NCBI GenBank assembly: GCA_963804995.1
Contig: CAWDSK010000006.1
Coordinates: 1,280,001 to 1,344,000, forward strand
DNA: 64,000 bases
Direction of reading: 5' to 3'
Origin: an uncultured Acidobacteriota bacterium
GTDB lineage: Bacteria > Acidobacteriota > Terriglobia > UBA7540
The position numbers and the translations under genes are program-made. Within the stretch, counting starts at the first letter, position 1; each line of letters starts with the position of its first letter. Positions 1 through 9,206 of the stretch are shown here, piece by piece. A model generated the notes under the pieces. That model was not told where the DNA came from. It ran no database searches and saw nothing but the letters and a program-made list of their open reading frames with translations.

Positions 1-2
1 GC

Positions 3-161
3 GAGATGGCCGTGGCCTACTTCAAGGCGCATTTTCCGGCGGGCTTCTGGCCCATCCAGAACCACGGCGAACTGGCCGTGCTGTACTGCCTCTTCTATCT
101 CTATCTGTCGGTGCGCGGGGCAGGCGCCCTAAGCATTGACGGGATGCGAGGGAAAACATAA
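3..161 (+). CDS. DoxX-family membrane protein, C-terminal part (5' truncated by window edge)
   Basis: Manual translation EMAVAYFKAHFPAGFWPIQNHGELAVLYC...GAGALSID matches the typical DoxX C-terminus; stop TAA 159-161. Confidence 0.8.
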   Translation, partial: EMAVAYFKAHFPAGFWPIQNHGELAVLYCLFYLYLSVRGAGALSIDGMRGKT

Positions 162-164
162 GCA

Positions 165-265
165 ATTTTGGATTTTGGATTTTCGATTTTGGATTGAGGT
201 GCGGGAGCCGACGGAAGCGGGATCGAAGGGGATAATCCAAAATCCAAAATCTAAAATCCAAAATG
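165..265. repeat. Inverted heptamer tandem tract (ATTTTGG)n...(CCAAAAT)n
   Basis: Seen directly; the same family recurs at 5364-5453 and 49990-50032. Confidence 0.9.
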
Positions 266-282
266 AAAAAACGGAGCAATGA

Positions 283-1050
283 ATGCTAACTATCAAGAAT
301 CTACAAGCCAAGGCAGGCGACAAAGACATCCTGCGCGGAATTGATTTCCAGGTGAACGCGGGCGAAGTGCACGCCATCATGGGGCCAAACGGCTCCGGCA
401 AATCCACGCTCGCCCAGGTGCTGGCGGGCCGCGAGCTTTACGAGGTTACAGGCGGCACTGTGACCTTCGAGGGCAAGGATCTGCTCGAGATGTCTCCCGA
501 AGACCGCGCGCGCGAGGGCATATTCCTTGCCTTCCAATACCCGGTGGAAATCCCCGGCGTCTCCAACACCTATTTTCTGCGCGCCGCGCTCAACGCCGTG
601 CGCAAACATCGGGGCCTCGAGGAGTACGACGCCATGGATTTCCTCGCCCTCATCCGCGACAAGGCCAAGTTGCTGGAGATGGATGAGCCCCTGCTCTGCC
701 GCTCCGTCAACGAAGGATTTTCCGGGGGCGAAAAGAAGCGCAATGAGATTTTCCAGATGGCCGTGCTGGAACCGAAGCTGGCCATTCTGGACGAGACCGA
801 CTCCGGCCTCGATATCGACGCCCTGCGCATCGTGGCCAATGGCGTCAACGCCCTGCGCGCGCCCGAACGCGCCATTATTGTGGTGACGCACTATCAACGC
901 CTGCTTGACTACATCGTTCCGGATTTCGTGCACGTGCTCTCCGGCGGCCGCATCGTCAAGTCCGGCGGCAAAGAACTGGCCCTGGAACTCGAAGACAAGG
1001 GGTATGGATGGCTGGAGGAGACGGTACAGTCCGGTGTGGGCCTGCAATGA
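283..1050 (+). CDS. sufC: Fe-S cluster assembly ATPase SufC
   Basis: GPNGSGKST Walker A, FLAFQYPVEIPGV, FSGGEKKRNE, DETDSGLDID. Confidence 0.98.
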   Translation: MLTIKNLQAKAGDKDILRGIDFQVNAGEVHAIMGPNGSGKSTLAQVLAGRELYEVTGGTVTFEGKDLLEMSPEDRAREGIFLAFQYPVEIPGVSNTYFLRAALNAVRKHRGLEEYDAMDFLALIRDKAKLLEMDEPLLCRSVNEGFSGGEKKRNEIFQMAVLEPKLAILDETDSGLDIDALRIVANGVNALRAPERAIIVVTHYQRLLDYIVPDFVHVLSGGRIVKSGGKELALELEDKGYGWLEETVQSGVGLQ

Positions 1051-1231
1051 GGGAAGAACAAGTCAAAAGGCAAAATGCAAAAGGCAAAAGTCAAAGCCAA
1101 CGTTGCAGCGCTCGCCCCTTTGGGGGAGAGGGGCCGGGTGGGGGTCAATCAATCGCGGGCTGGAACTCCCTGACCGGGTCTTAAGAAAAGCCGCGGACCT
1201 ACAAAACAGGTCCGCGCAACAACTGCCCGGT

Positions 1232-1369
1232 TTTGGAGTGCGGCAGCTCGCTGCCGCTTTCCTCCCCGCGAGCTCGCTCGCGGGAATCACCACCTCGGGC
1301 CTTATCCGGCCAAGGCACGGCCAGCAAGCTGGCCTGATTGAAAGCGGCAGCGAGCTGCCGCACTCCAAA
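1232..1369. repeat. REP-like doublet with perfect 30-bp inverted arms (GGAG-headed)
   Basis: TTTGGAGTGCGGCAGCTCGCTGCCGCTTTC at 1232-1261; its exact reverse complement at 1340-1369. Confidence 0.85.
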
Positions 1370-1410
1370 GCGGGCTGTGCCCGCATCAGAGGAAGGAAAA
1401 CAGGAACTTC

Positions 1411-2742
1411 ATGACTGCTGTTAAGGAACAAGAAGGACATTACCTCGAAAGCTTCACCCGCCGGGAGGGTGCTCTCAATGAGCATGGACCGGCGTGGCTT
1501 CCCAAACTCCGCCGCGGCGCCATTGACAGCTTTGCGGAGCTGGGCTTTCCCACCACGCATGACGAGGATTGGTTGTACACCAACATCGCGCCCCTCGCCT
1601 CCCTGCCGCTCCAGCGCCCGCACGCCAAACTGACAGCGGAAATCCGCGAGAAGATTGAGCGCCTGCCGCTGGCCAATCTCGACTGCAGCCGGCTGACTTT
1701 TTTTAATGGCCACTACGTTCCGGAACTCTCGAAACTTCGCGAGATTCCGCAGGGCTTGAAGGCCGGCAGCCTGGCTTCCGCGCTCAAGAATCATGGCCCG
1801 GTGCTGGAGCGTCATCTGGCGCGCTACGCGGAAGCCCGGACGCACGCTTTCGTGGCGCTCAACACCGCGTTCTTTGAAGACGGTGTTTTCATCGAAGTTC
1901 CCAAGGGCGCCGTGGTCCAGAAGCCCCTGCACATCCTTCACGTTTCAGATGGCGGAGGCAGGACTACCGTTTCGCATCCCCGCAACCTGATCCTGGTGGG
2001 CGATACGGCCCAGGCGACCATCATCGAAACCTTCTTCAGCCTGACGGAAGACACCACGTTTACGAATTCGGTGGTTGAAATCGTCGCGGGCGAAGGCGCG
2101 CTGGTGGACTATTGCAAAGTGCAGCAGGAAAGTGACGAGGCATTCCACTACGCGCGGATTCAGGTGCACCAGGCGCGCTCCTCGAGCGTGACCACTCATT
2201 CCATCCAGCTCGGCGCCGCCCTGATGCGCGAAGAGGTCCAAACCGTGCTGGCTGGCGAAGGCGCTGAATCCATGCTGGACGGCCTCTACGTCCTGACCGG
2301 ACGGCAACACGCGGACAACCACACCACCATCGACCACGCCAAGGCGCATTGCGCCAGCCGCGAGGTTTATAAGGGCGTGCTGGAGGGCAAATCGCAGGGC
2401 GTGTTCAACGGCAAGATTATCGTCCGGCCCGACGCGCAGAAAACCGATTCCAAGCAGAGCAACAAAAACCTGCTGCTTTCTGAAGACGCCATCATCAACA
2501 CCAAGCCGCAGCTTGAAATCTTCGCCGACGATGTCCGGTGCACGCACGGCGCCACGGTGGGCCAGACCAATCCCGAGGCGATTTTTTATCTGCGCTCGCG
2601 CGGCATCGCGGCCGACGAGGCGAAGAGCCTGCTGACTTACGCTTTCGCCAACGATGTGATGGAACGGATCAAGTATCAGCCTCTGCGCGAACGGCTCGCA
2701 GACCGGCTGTTTGCAAGGCTGGCCAAGAGAGTTGGGAACTGA
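1411..2742 (+). CDS. sufD: Fe-S cluster assembly protein SufD
   Basis: GFPTTHDEDWLYT, NLLLSEDA..TKPQLEIFADDVRCTHGATVG, FYLRSRGI; lies between sufC and sufS. Confidence 0.97.
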   Translation: MTAVKEQEGHYLESFTRREGALNEHGPAWLPKLRRGAIDSFAELGFPTTHDEDWLYTNIAPLASLPLQRPHAKLTAEIREKIERLPLANLDCSRLTFFNGHYVPELSKLREIPQGLKAGSLASALKNHGPVLERHLARYAEARTHAFVALNTAFFEDGVFIEVPKGAVVQKPLHILHVSDGGGRTTVSHPRNLILVGDTAQATIIETFFSLTEDTTFTNSVVEIVAGEGALVDYCKVQQESDEAFHYARIQVHQARSSSVTTHSIQLGAALMREEVQTVLAGEGAESMLDGLYVLTGRQHADNHTTIDHAKAHCASREVYKGVLEGKSQGVFNGKIIVRPDAQKTDSKQSNKNLLLSEDAIINTKPQLEIFADDVRCTHGATVGQTNPEAIFYLRSRGIAADEAKSLLTYAFANDVMERIKYQPLRERLADRLFARLAKRVGN

Positions 2743-2957
2743 TTATTGGTGATTTGTGATTGAAAGAATTGATCATTGGTGATTTGCGATTGATGAATGG
2801 TGATTGAAAACATTGGCGATTTGTGATTCGTGAATGGTGATTGATGGATTGGGCGATTGGCGATTGAGGGGATTGAAAGGTTGGGCGATGAAAGAAGCTG
2901 ACGATTGGAATTGGTCAATCACCAATCGCAAATCACCAATGCCTTCAATCACCAATG
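2742..2957. repeat. Inverted heptamer tract (ATTGGTG/GATTGGC)n...(CACCAAT)n
   Basis: Seen directly in the sufD-sufS spacer. Confidence 0.9.
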
Positions 2958-2969
2958 TAAGGAGTTGTG

Positions 2970-4241
2970 ATGGCAACCACTCGTAATTTAGTCCAGGCGC
3001 CGCCCCGCGAAACGCCGGCGGCGGGTTTTGATGTTCGCAAAATCCGCGAGGACTTTCCCTTTCTCAAACAGAAGGTTTACGGCAAGCCGCTGGTCTATCT
3101 TGACAACGCCGCCACCAGTCAGAAGCCGCAGGTGGTGCTGGACGCCATGCTGCGCTTCTACACCCAGGATTGCGCTAACGTGCATCGCGGCGTGCACATC
3201 ATCAGCGAGCGCGCTACGCAGTCCTATGAGCACGCCCGCGTCAAAATCCAACGCTTCATCAATGCCGCCGACCCCCGCGAAATCGTCTACGTGCGCGGCT
3301 CGACGGAAGGCATTAACCTGGTGGCGCAGACTTACGGCCGGCAGCACGTCCAGGCGGGCGACGAAATCCTGATCAGCGCGCTCGAACACCACTCCAACAT
3401 CGTGCCGTGGCAGATGTTGTGCGAAGAAAAAGGCGCGCATCTGCGCGTGGCGCCCATCAACGATCGCGGCGAATTGATCCTCGATGAATTCGAGAAGCTC
3501 TTGAGCGACCGCACGCGCCTGGTCGGCATTGCCCACGTTTCAAACGCGCTCGGGACGGTCAATCCCATTAAGCAGATTGTGCAGATGGCCCACGCGCGGA
3601 ACATTCCGGTGCTGGTGGATGGCGCGCAGGCCGCTCCGCACACGAAGCTTGACATGCAGGCGCTGGGGTGCGACTTCTATGTGGTGTCGGGCCACAAGCT
3701 TTTCGGGCCTACGGGGATCGGCGCGCTTTACGGCAAGGCGAGCCTGCTTGAATCCATGCCGCCTTACCAGGGCGGCGGCGACATGATCCTCTCCGTCACT
3801 TTCGAGAAGACGATTTACAATCATCTTCCCTATAAGTTCGAAGCGGGCACTCCCAATATCGCCGGAGCGATTGGACTGGGCGCTGCTATAGACTATGTTA
3901 CGAATGTCGGGATGGAGAATATCTCCTCCTACGAGCACGCCCTGCTCGCTTACGCCACTGAAGCCATCGGGCAGATTCCCGGCGTGCGCCTGATCGGCAC
4001 GGCGCGCGAGAAGGCCGGCGTCCTCTCCTTCGTGCTGGAAGGCGTGCACCCGCACAACGTCGGCACCGTGCTTGACCGCGAGGGCATCGCCGTGCGCACG
4101 GGCCACCATTGCGCGCAGCCCGTTATGGAACGCTTCGGCGTGCCCGCCACGGCCCGCGCCTCCCTGGCGTTTTACAACACCAAGCAGGAGATTAACGCCC
4201 TGGCGGCAGGCCTGGAGCGGGTGAAGACGATGTTTGCTTGA
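2970..4241 (+). CDS. sufS: Cysteine desulfurase SufS
   Basis: YLDNAATSQKP, EHHSNIVPWQ, SGHK (PLP Lys), RTGHHCAQP. Confidence 0.98.
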   Translation: MATTRNLVQAPPRETPAAGFDVRKIREDFPFLKQKVYGKPLVYLDNAATSQKPQVVLDAMLRFYTQDCANVHRGVHIISERATQSYEHARVKIQRFINAADPREIVYVRGSTEGINLVAQTYGRQHVQAGDEILISALEHHSNIVPWQMLCEEKGAHLRVAPINDRGELILDEFEKLLSDRTRLVGIAHVSNALGTVNPIKQIVQMAHARNIPVLVDGAQAAPHTKLDMQALGCDFYVVSGHKLFGPTGIGALYGKASLLESMPPYQGGGDMILSVTFEKTIYNHLPYKFEAGTPNIAGAIGLGAAIDYVTNVGMENISSYEHALLAYATEAIGQIPGVRLIGTAREKAGVLSFVLEGVHPHNVGTVLDREGIAVRTGHHCAQPVMERFGVPATARASLAFYNTKQEINALAAGLERVKTMFA

Positions 4242-4246
4242 AGGAA

Positions 4247-4389
4247 GCTGTCAGCTGTCAGCTCTCAGCTTTCAGCCAAGGCTCCAGCGCCAAGCTGTAG
4301 AAGTGAGCGACGCTTTTTGGAGCGGGGCGGAAGGACGGGGCTTTAGCTGAACGCTGAGAGCTGATAGCTGAAAGCCAATCTCTGAAAGC
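4247..4389. repeat. Inverted heptamer tract (GCTNTCA)n...(TGANAGC)n
   Basis: agctgtcagctgtcagctctcagctttcagc ... gctgagagctgatagctgaaagc. Confidence 0.85.
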
Positions 4390-4398
4390 TTGATTCCT

Positions 4399-4854
4399 AT
4401 GTCTGAACTTGACTCGCTTTACCAGGAAGTCATTCTCGATCACAGCAAGCGGCCGCGGAATTTCAAGGCGCTTCCGGATGCTGACCACCACGCCGAGGGA
4501 TACAATCCTCTGTGCGGCGATAAAGTGACGATTTACCTGCACCTCGTCGACGATCGCATTGCGGATATCAGCTTTCAGGGTTCCGGCTGCGCGATTTCTA
4601 CCGCTTCCGCTTCCATCCTGACGGAAACGCTGAAGGGCAAGACCCGTGCCGAGGCCGAAGCCCTTTTCGAAGTCTTTCACAACCTGGTGACCGGGCAGCC
4701 GGTAAAATCCGCTGGTGCGCCCGCTCTCGGAAAGCTGGCGGTCTTCTCCGGTGTCTCGGAATTCCCCGTGCGCGTCAAGTGCGCTTCGCTTGCCTGGCAC
4801 ACCCTGCATAGCGCGCTCGCGGGAGATAAAGCCGTCACCAGCACCGAGGAATGA
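4399..4854 (+). CDS. sufU: SufU/NifU-family sulfur-transfer protein
   Basis: LYQEVILDH, NPLCGD, GSGCAISTASAS, RVKCASLAWH. Confidence 0.96.
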   Translation: MSELDSLYQEVILDHSKRPRNFKALPDADHHAEGYNPLCGDKVTIYLHLVDDRIADISFQGSGCAISTASASILTETLKGKTRAEAEALFEVFHNLVTGQPVKSAGAPALGKLAVFSGVSEFPVRVKCASLAWHTLHSALAGDKAVTSTEE

Positions 4855-4857
4855 AGG

Positions 4858-4982
4858 CCGAAATTCGAAAATCGAAACTCGAAAATCGCTCGAGTTACGA
4901 GTTCCTGCTTTTGAATTTACGAGTTTCGAATTTCGATTTTCGGTTTTTGATTTTGCGAGTTTCGATTTTCGGCTTTCGATTT
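4858..4982. repeat. Inverted heptamer tract (CGAAAAT)n...(TTTCGAN)n
   Basis: Seen directly; the same family recurs at 6550-6648, 46050-46080, 46350-46400 and 48258-48335. Confidence 0.85.
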
Positions 4983-5003
4983 TGTTCTATAAGGATAAGG
5001 ACT

Positions 5004-5363
5004 ATGGCTGACCAAATCCCACCCCCGGCTTCGCAGCCCACCCTGAATGTGTCCGAGGTCGTGGCGCTCCAGGACAAGATTGTGGAGAAAATGCGCACCG
5101 TCTACGATCCGGAAATCCCCGTAAACATCTACGACCTCGGCTTGATCTACGAAGTGAAGGTGGAACCTACTGGCGACGTTTATGTGAGAATGACCTTGAC
5201 TTCGCCCGGCTGCCCTGCCGCCGGCACGCTTCCCGGCGAGGTGGAAGATAAGATCGTCGTGATCCCGGGAGTTCAGAAAGTCAAAGTCGATGTGGTGTGG
5301 GAACCAACCTGGGATAAAAACATGATGACGGAGGCCGCCAAGCTGCAACTGGGATTCTTCTGA
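5004..5363 (+). CDS. DUF59/SufT-like Fe-S assembly protein
   Basis: VYDPEIPVNIYDLGLIY, MTLTSPGCP, VWEPTW; start set at ATG 5004 after AAGG. Confidence 0.93.
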   Translation: MADQIPPPASQPTLNVSEVVALQDKIVEKMRTVYDPEIPVNIYDLGLIYEVKVEPTGDVYVRMTLTSPGCPAAGTLPGEVEDKIVVIPGVQKVKVDVVWEPTWDKNMMTEAAKLQLGFF

Positions 5364-5452
5364 TTTTGGATTTCGGATTTTAGATTTTGGATTGAAGAAG
5401 GACGGTAGTTACCCGCGTTTCCTAATCCAAAATCCAAAATCTAAAATCCAAA

Positions 5453-6535
5453 ATGGACATGCCCGACACCCTCAAATCTCCTTTAGCCGATTACCATGCA
5501 TCACAGGGCGCTACGCTCGCGGAATATCACGGTGCGATAGTTCCCGCGCGCTTCACGGACCCCGCCGCCGAGCATCGCGCGGTGCGTGACGCCTCCGGAC
5601 TATTCGATTTTTCCTTCCGCGCCAAGTTCCGCATGAAAGGCCGCGACCATGCGCGCTTTCTGCAGCGCCTGGTCTCAAACAACGTCAAGAAGCTGACCCC
5701 GGGCCAGGGCACTTACGCCACGCTCTTGAACGCTCAGGGACACATCCTGGTTGACCTGCGCCTGCATTGCGCCGAAGACAGTTTCCTGGTCGACACCGAC
5801 GCCGACTTGCGCGATAAGGCCATCCAAATTTTCCGGCGTTACATCGTTGCCGATCAAGTCGAGATTGAGCCGCTCAACCTCTTCACCCTGGCGTTTCAGG
5901 GGCCAAGCGCGCTGCACCTGCTCGAGAAGACCCTGCACATCGACCTGCCCGCGATGCAGGAGTTCGACCACTTTGCAGCGAACTACGCGGGCTTCCCCAT
6001 CCGCGTCGTGCGTGCCTCGAGCACCGGCGAAGAAGGCTATGAAGTTTGGGTGGGCGCTCAAGGGATGGAAGCCGTGTGGGGCGCGGCGTGTGGACAGGCG
6101 CCGACCTATGGGACGCTGCCTTGCGGGTGGGAGGCGCTGGAGAGTCTGCGCATCGAGGCCGGCATTCCCCGCTACGGACAGGAGTTGGGCGAGGACGTGA
6201 TTCCGCTCGAAGCCGGGCTGCTGAATGCTCTTAGCTTCAACAAGGGTTGCTACATCGGGCAGGAAATCGTGGAGCGCGCGCGCAGCCGCGGCCACGTGAA
6301 TTGGAAACTAATGGGATTGGTCATGGAATCCGGGCCGCCTCCCCAGCCTGGCGAGAAGGTCGTGGTGGAAGGAAGAGAAGTGGCGGAGATCACCAGTTCC
6401 TGCGTTTCACCTACGCTCGGTAAGGCGATTGCCCTCGCTTACGTGCGCCGCGAAGTATCAGAACCCGGCGCGAAGATTACCTTTGCGTCAGGCGTGGAGG
6501 CGGAAGTCGCCGCGCTGCCCTTCGCTAGGGGCTAG
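5453..6535 (+). CDS. YgfZ/GcvT-family folate-binding protein
   Basis: KGCYIGQEIVER YgfZ signature, TGEEGYE, LRIEAG. Confidence 0.9.
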   Translation: MDMPDTLKSPLADYHASQGATLAEYHGAIVPARFTDPAAEHRAVRDASGLFDFSFRAKFRMKGRDHARFLQRLVSNNVKKLTPGQGTYATLLNAQGHILVDLRLHCAEDSFLVDTDADLRDKAIQIFRRYIVADQVEIEPLNLFTLAFQGPSALHLLEKTLHIDLPAMQEFDHFAANYAGFPIRVVRASSTGEEGYEVWVGAQGMEAVWGAACGQAPTYGTLPCGWEALESLRIEAGIPRYGQELGEDVIPLEAGLLNALSFNKGCYIGQEIVERARSRGHVNWKLMGLVMESGPPPQPGEKVVVEGREVAEITSSCVSPTLGKAIALAYVRREVSEPGAKITFASGVEAEVAALPFARG

Positions 6536-6668
6536 GCCTCTGGAAAGACCGAAAATCGAAACTCGAAAATCGAAACTCGCGAGTTCCCTTACTTCCCGAG
6601 CTGGGGACGAGGGAGTAGTGGCGATTTTCGAATTTCGATTTTCGATTCCCGGCCCTGACGCCTGCAAT

Positions 6669-7604
6669 CTACTGGACTGGTCGCCCCAACTGCAGGGCCA
6701 TCAGCACAAACGATCCGGCGATGATCAGCACGGACAGCACCGCGAGCGCGTTCCACAGGTTCTCGCTGGGGCGCGTGGCGGGCTCACCTTCCGGAATCAG
6801 ATAACCCAGCACCAGCCCGGCAATCAGCCCGCCGAAGTGTGCAGCATTGTCAGCCGCGAAGAAGATTCCAAACACCGCGATGTACATCACCCATCGCCAA
6901 AGTTGGCTGCGGTATTCCTTGCCGAGGTGCCCGTGATGGAAGCTCGCGCCGATCAGGATGCCGATGAGCCCCAGGATGGCGCCCGACGCTCCCACCGAAA
7001 CTCCGAAGGGGGACCACCAAAGGCTCAGCAAAAATCCTGCGACACCTGTCACCAGATAGAACACCGTGAATTTGGTGGCCGAGAAAAGGGATTCCACCGC
7101 CGGGCCCAGGTCCACCAGGCACCACATGTTCATTCCAATGTGGAGCAAGCCCGCGTGCAGGAAAATGGCCGTCACCAGCCGCCACCATTGGCCGGCCCAG
7201 ATGTAAGGGGACTTGGCGCCGAGGCGCATCAGCACTTCGCCGCTGATGCCGCCCATTGCCGGCGCGCCGTACAACTGCGCGGCCTCGGTGTTCTGCGTCA
7301 TGTACCAGGAGACGGCGTAAAGCGCGATGCAGGCCGCGACCATGACGGAGGTCGCCGTGGTGGGAACCGGGATCACGCCCAGAACGCGTCCGGGTGTACT
7401 GCTGCTGCCTCGGGCGCGAACGGGGCCGGTGCGCTCACCGCACAGAGGACACACGGACGCGTCACGGTCAATCAGCGCGCGGCAATGCGGGCACATGCGG
7501 ACGGCGCTGACCGGCGCAGTTTCCTCGGCGCCCCAGGATATTCCCATGGACTTCTTCAAGCGTTGCAACTGAAACCAGATTTTAGGAGGTATTTTCATTC
7601 CCAC
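6669..7604 (-). CDS. Rhomboid intramembrane serine protease with N-terminal zinc ribbon
   Basis: CPHC...CPLC, WWRLVTAIFLH, GASG, AHFGG. Confidence 0.93.
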   Translation of the reverse strand: MGMKIPPKIWFQLQRLKKSMGISWGAEETAPVSAVRMCPHCRALIDRDASVCPLCGERTGPVRARGSSSTPGRVLGVIPVPTTATSVMVAACIALYAVSWYMTQNTEAAQLYGAPAMGGISGEVLMRLGAKSPYIWAGQWWRLVTAIFLHAGLLHIGMNMWCLVDLGPAVESLFSATKFTVFYLVTGVAGFLLSLWWSPFGVSVGASGAILGLIGILIGASFHHGHLGKEYRSQLWRWVMYIAVFGIFFAADNAAHFGGLIAGLVLGYLIPEGEPATRPSENLWNALAVLSVLIIAGSFVLMALQLGRPVQ

Positions 7605-7692
7605 CTTTCACCTGCTCCTACCAACTCAAATTATATCTGACCTGCTGAGCTGCCAGGAACTTGATTTGTCGATCGCGGGGGGCCCTGCTGCT

Positions 7693-7761
7693 GTAGCGGC
7701 GAGTTTACCTCGCCATAGGGCGGCGTCCCGATCAGATCGGGATGAATGCCGCCGTCGCTAC
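7693..7761. repeat. GTAG-headed REP-like doublet; inverted copy at ~36217-36284
   Basis: gtagcggcgagtttacctcgcc...tcccgatcagatcggga...gctac; a near-identical reverse complement ends at 36284. Confidence 0.8.
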
Positions 7762-7849
7762 GTCAGATCGAACCACCACCCCGGCGCGGGACCGCTTCAC
7801 TTTTTTCCGTACCCTGCTAGAATAGCGATTATTGGGGTGGAGCGGGGTT

Positions 7850-8020
7850 ATGACATTTGAGGATGCTGGGCGCGCCGTGGATCGCGAACTTGAAAAATTG
7901 CGGAAGTACCTTGATGAGGAAGTCCGTCCGGAGACCCGTAAGGAGATGGCGGATTTTTTGCGCCGCGCCTCGGACCGTCTGACAAAACTGGCCGAACGGC
8001 TGGAAAAAACGAAGCGCTGA
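7850..8020 (+). CDS. Small helical hypothetical protein
   Basis: 56 aa amphipathic ORF immediately upstream of rlpA; TAGAAT upstream. Confidence 0.7.
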   Translation: MTFEDAGRAVDRELEKLRKYLDEEVRPETRKEMADFLRRASDRLTKLAERLEKTKR

Positions 8021-8024
8021 CCCG

Positions 8025-8813
8025 GTGCTGAGTCGCTCAATGGAAGGATCTAAGAGAAGACCACTTCGCCGCGCTCGCAGGCTCAGCTTGGCGATGGCGC
8101 TATTTCTCTCTGCGACGGGCTGCCTGCACCGGCACAATGCGCCTCCACCCGTGGCGCGCACAACACCGCCACCCGCGCCCTCTCCTACCCCCACCACACC
8201 AACTCCCGAGCCCGCGCCACCGACCACGACTCCGCCGGGCCCGCACCCTGCCCCCGCGCCGGCGCCGATCATCCAGGGCGAAGAGGGCATCGCCTCCTGG
8301 TACGGCCATCCCTACCATGGCCGCGCCACCGCAAGCGGCGAGATCTACAACATGTATGCCATCAGCGCCGCGCATCGGACCCTGCCCTTCGGTACCGAGG
8401 TGCGCGTCCATGACCTCGAGAACGGCCGCGACGTGACCGTGCGCATCAATGACCGCGGCCCGTTCATCGAGGGGCGCATCATCGATCTCTCCTACGCCGC
8501 GGCCCAGGCCATGGGGATGACCGGCATCGCGCGCGTGCGCCTCGAGATTCTAGGCTACGACTCGAGTCCCGAGCCCGGCATCTTCGCGGTCCAGGTCGGG
8601 GCTTTCCGCGAGCGCGCCAACGCCGACCGTTTAAAGGCCCTGATCGAAGCAAGCTATGCACCTGTGGTCATCCAGGGATTCGATCGCGGCGACGGCACCT
8701 TCTATCGCGTGCGAGTGGGAAGTGAGAAAACGGAAGGCGCCGCCCGTGACCTGGCCCAGAAGCTCCGCAGCGCGAATCTGGCCACGGCGACCTTCGTGGT
8801 CAGGATGAACTAA
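8025..8813 (+). CDS. rlpA: Septal ring lytic transglycosylase RlpA lipoprotein with SPOR domain
   Basis: Lipobox-like ATGC, ASWYG, AAHRTLPFGT, VRINDRGPF, VQVGAF; start may be 8040. Confidence 0.95.
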   Translation: MLSRSMEGSKRRPLRRARRLSLAMALFLSATGCLHRHNAPPPVARTTPPPAPSPTPTTPTPEPAPPTTTPPGPHPAPAPAPIIQGEEGIASWYGHPYHGRATASGEIYNMYAISAAHRTLPFGTEVRVHDLENGRDVTVRINDRGPFIEGRIIDLSYAAAQAMGMTGIARVRLEILGYDSSPEPGIFAVQVGAFRERANADRLKALIEASYAPVVIQGFDRGDGTFYRVRVGSEKTEGAARDLAQKLRSANLATATFVVRMN

Positions 8814-9157
8814 TGCCGGATTGCCTCTTCTGCCGCATCATCGAGCGCAAAGCTCCCGCCAAGATCGTTTACGAGGACGAATTCACCATGGCGGTTGAGG
8901 ACATTCATCCGCAGGCCCCGGTCCATCTCCTGGTGCTTCCCCGCAAGCATCTTCCCTCACTCAAGGAGGCTCTGGCTGAAGACGAGTCTCTGCTGGGCCA
9001 TCTATTCCTGGTAGCGGCGCAACTAGCGCGCGAGCGGGGACTGGACTCGAAGGGTTATCGTACGGTCATCAACAACGGCACGTGGGCCGGGCAATCGGTG
9101 TTCCACCTGCATATCCATGTGCTGGGCGGCCGGGTCTTTCATTGGCCTCCAGGATAA
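8813..9157 (+). CDS. HIT-family nucleotide-binding protein
   Basis: CLFCRI, GQSVFHLHIHVLGGR...WPPG. Confidence 0.96.
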   Translation: MPDCLFCRIIERKAPAKIVYEDEFTMAVEDIHPQAPVHLLVLPRKHLPSLKEALAEDESLLGHLFLVAAQLARERGLDSKGYRTVINNGTWAGQSVFHLHIHVLGGRVFHWPPG

Positions 9158-9206
9158 GTTTTAGCTTTCGCATGGAAGGGGGCCGGCGGGGTCTTCCGTG
9201 TTCCGC

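Noticed and set aside
22..5098. ORFs such as 22-279, 2676-2918, 4895-5098 and the 4851 N-terminal extension of the DUF59 gene
   Set aside because: They are translations of heptamer tracts (ILDFRF, KSKIQN), not proteins
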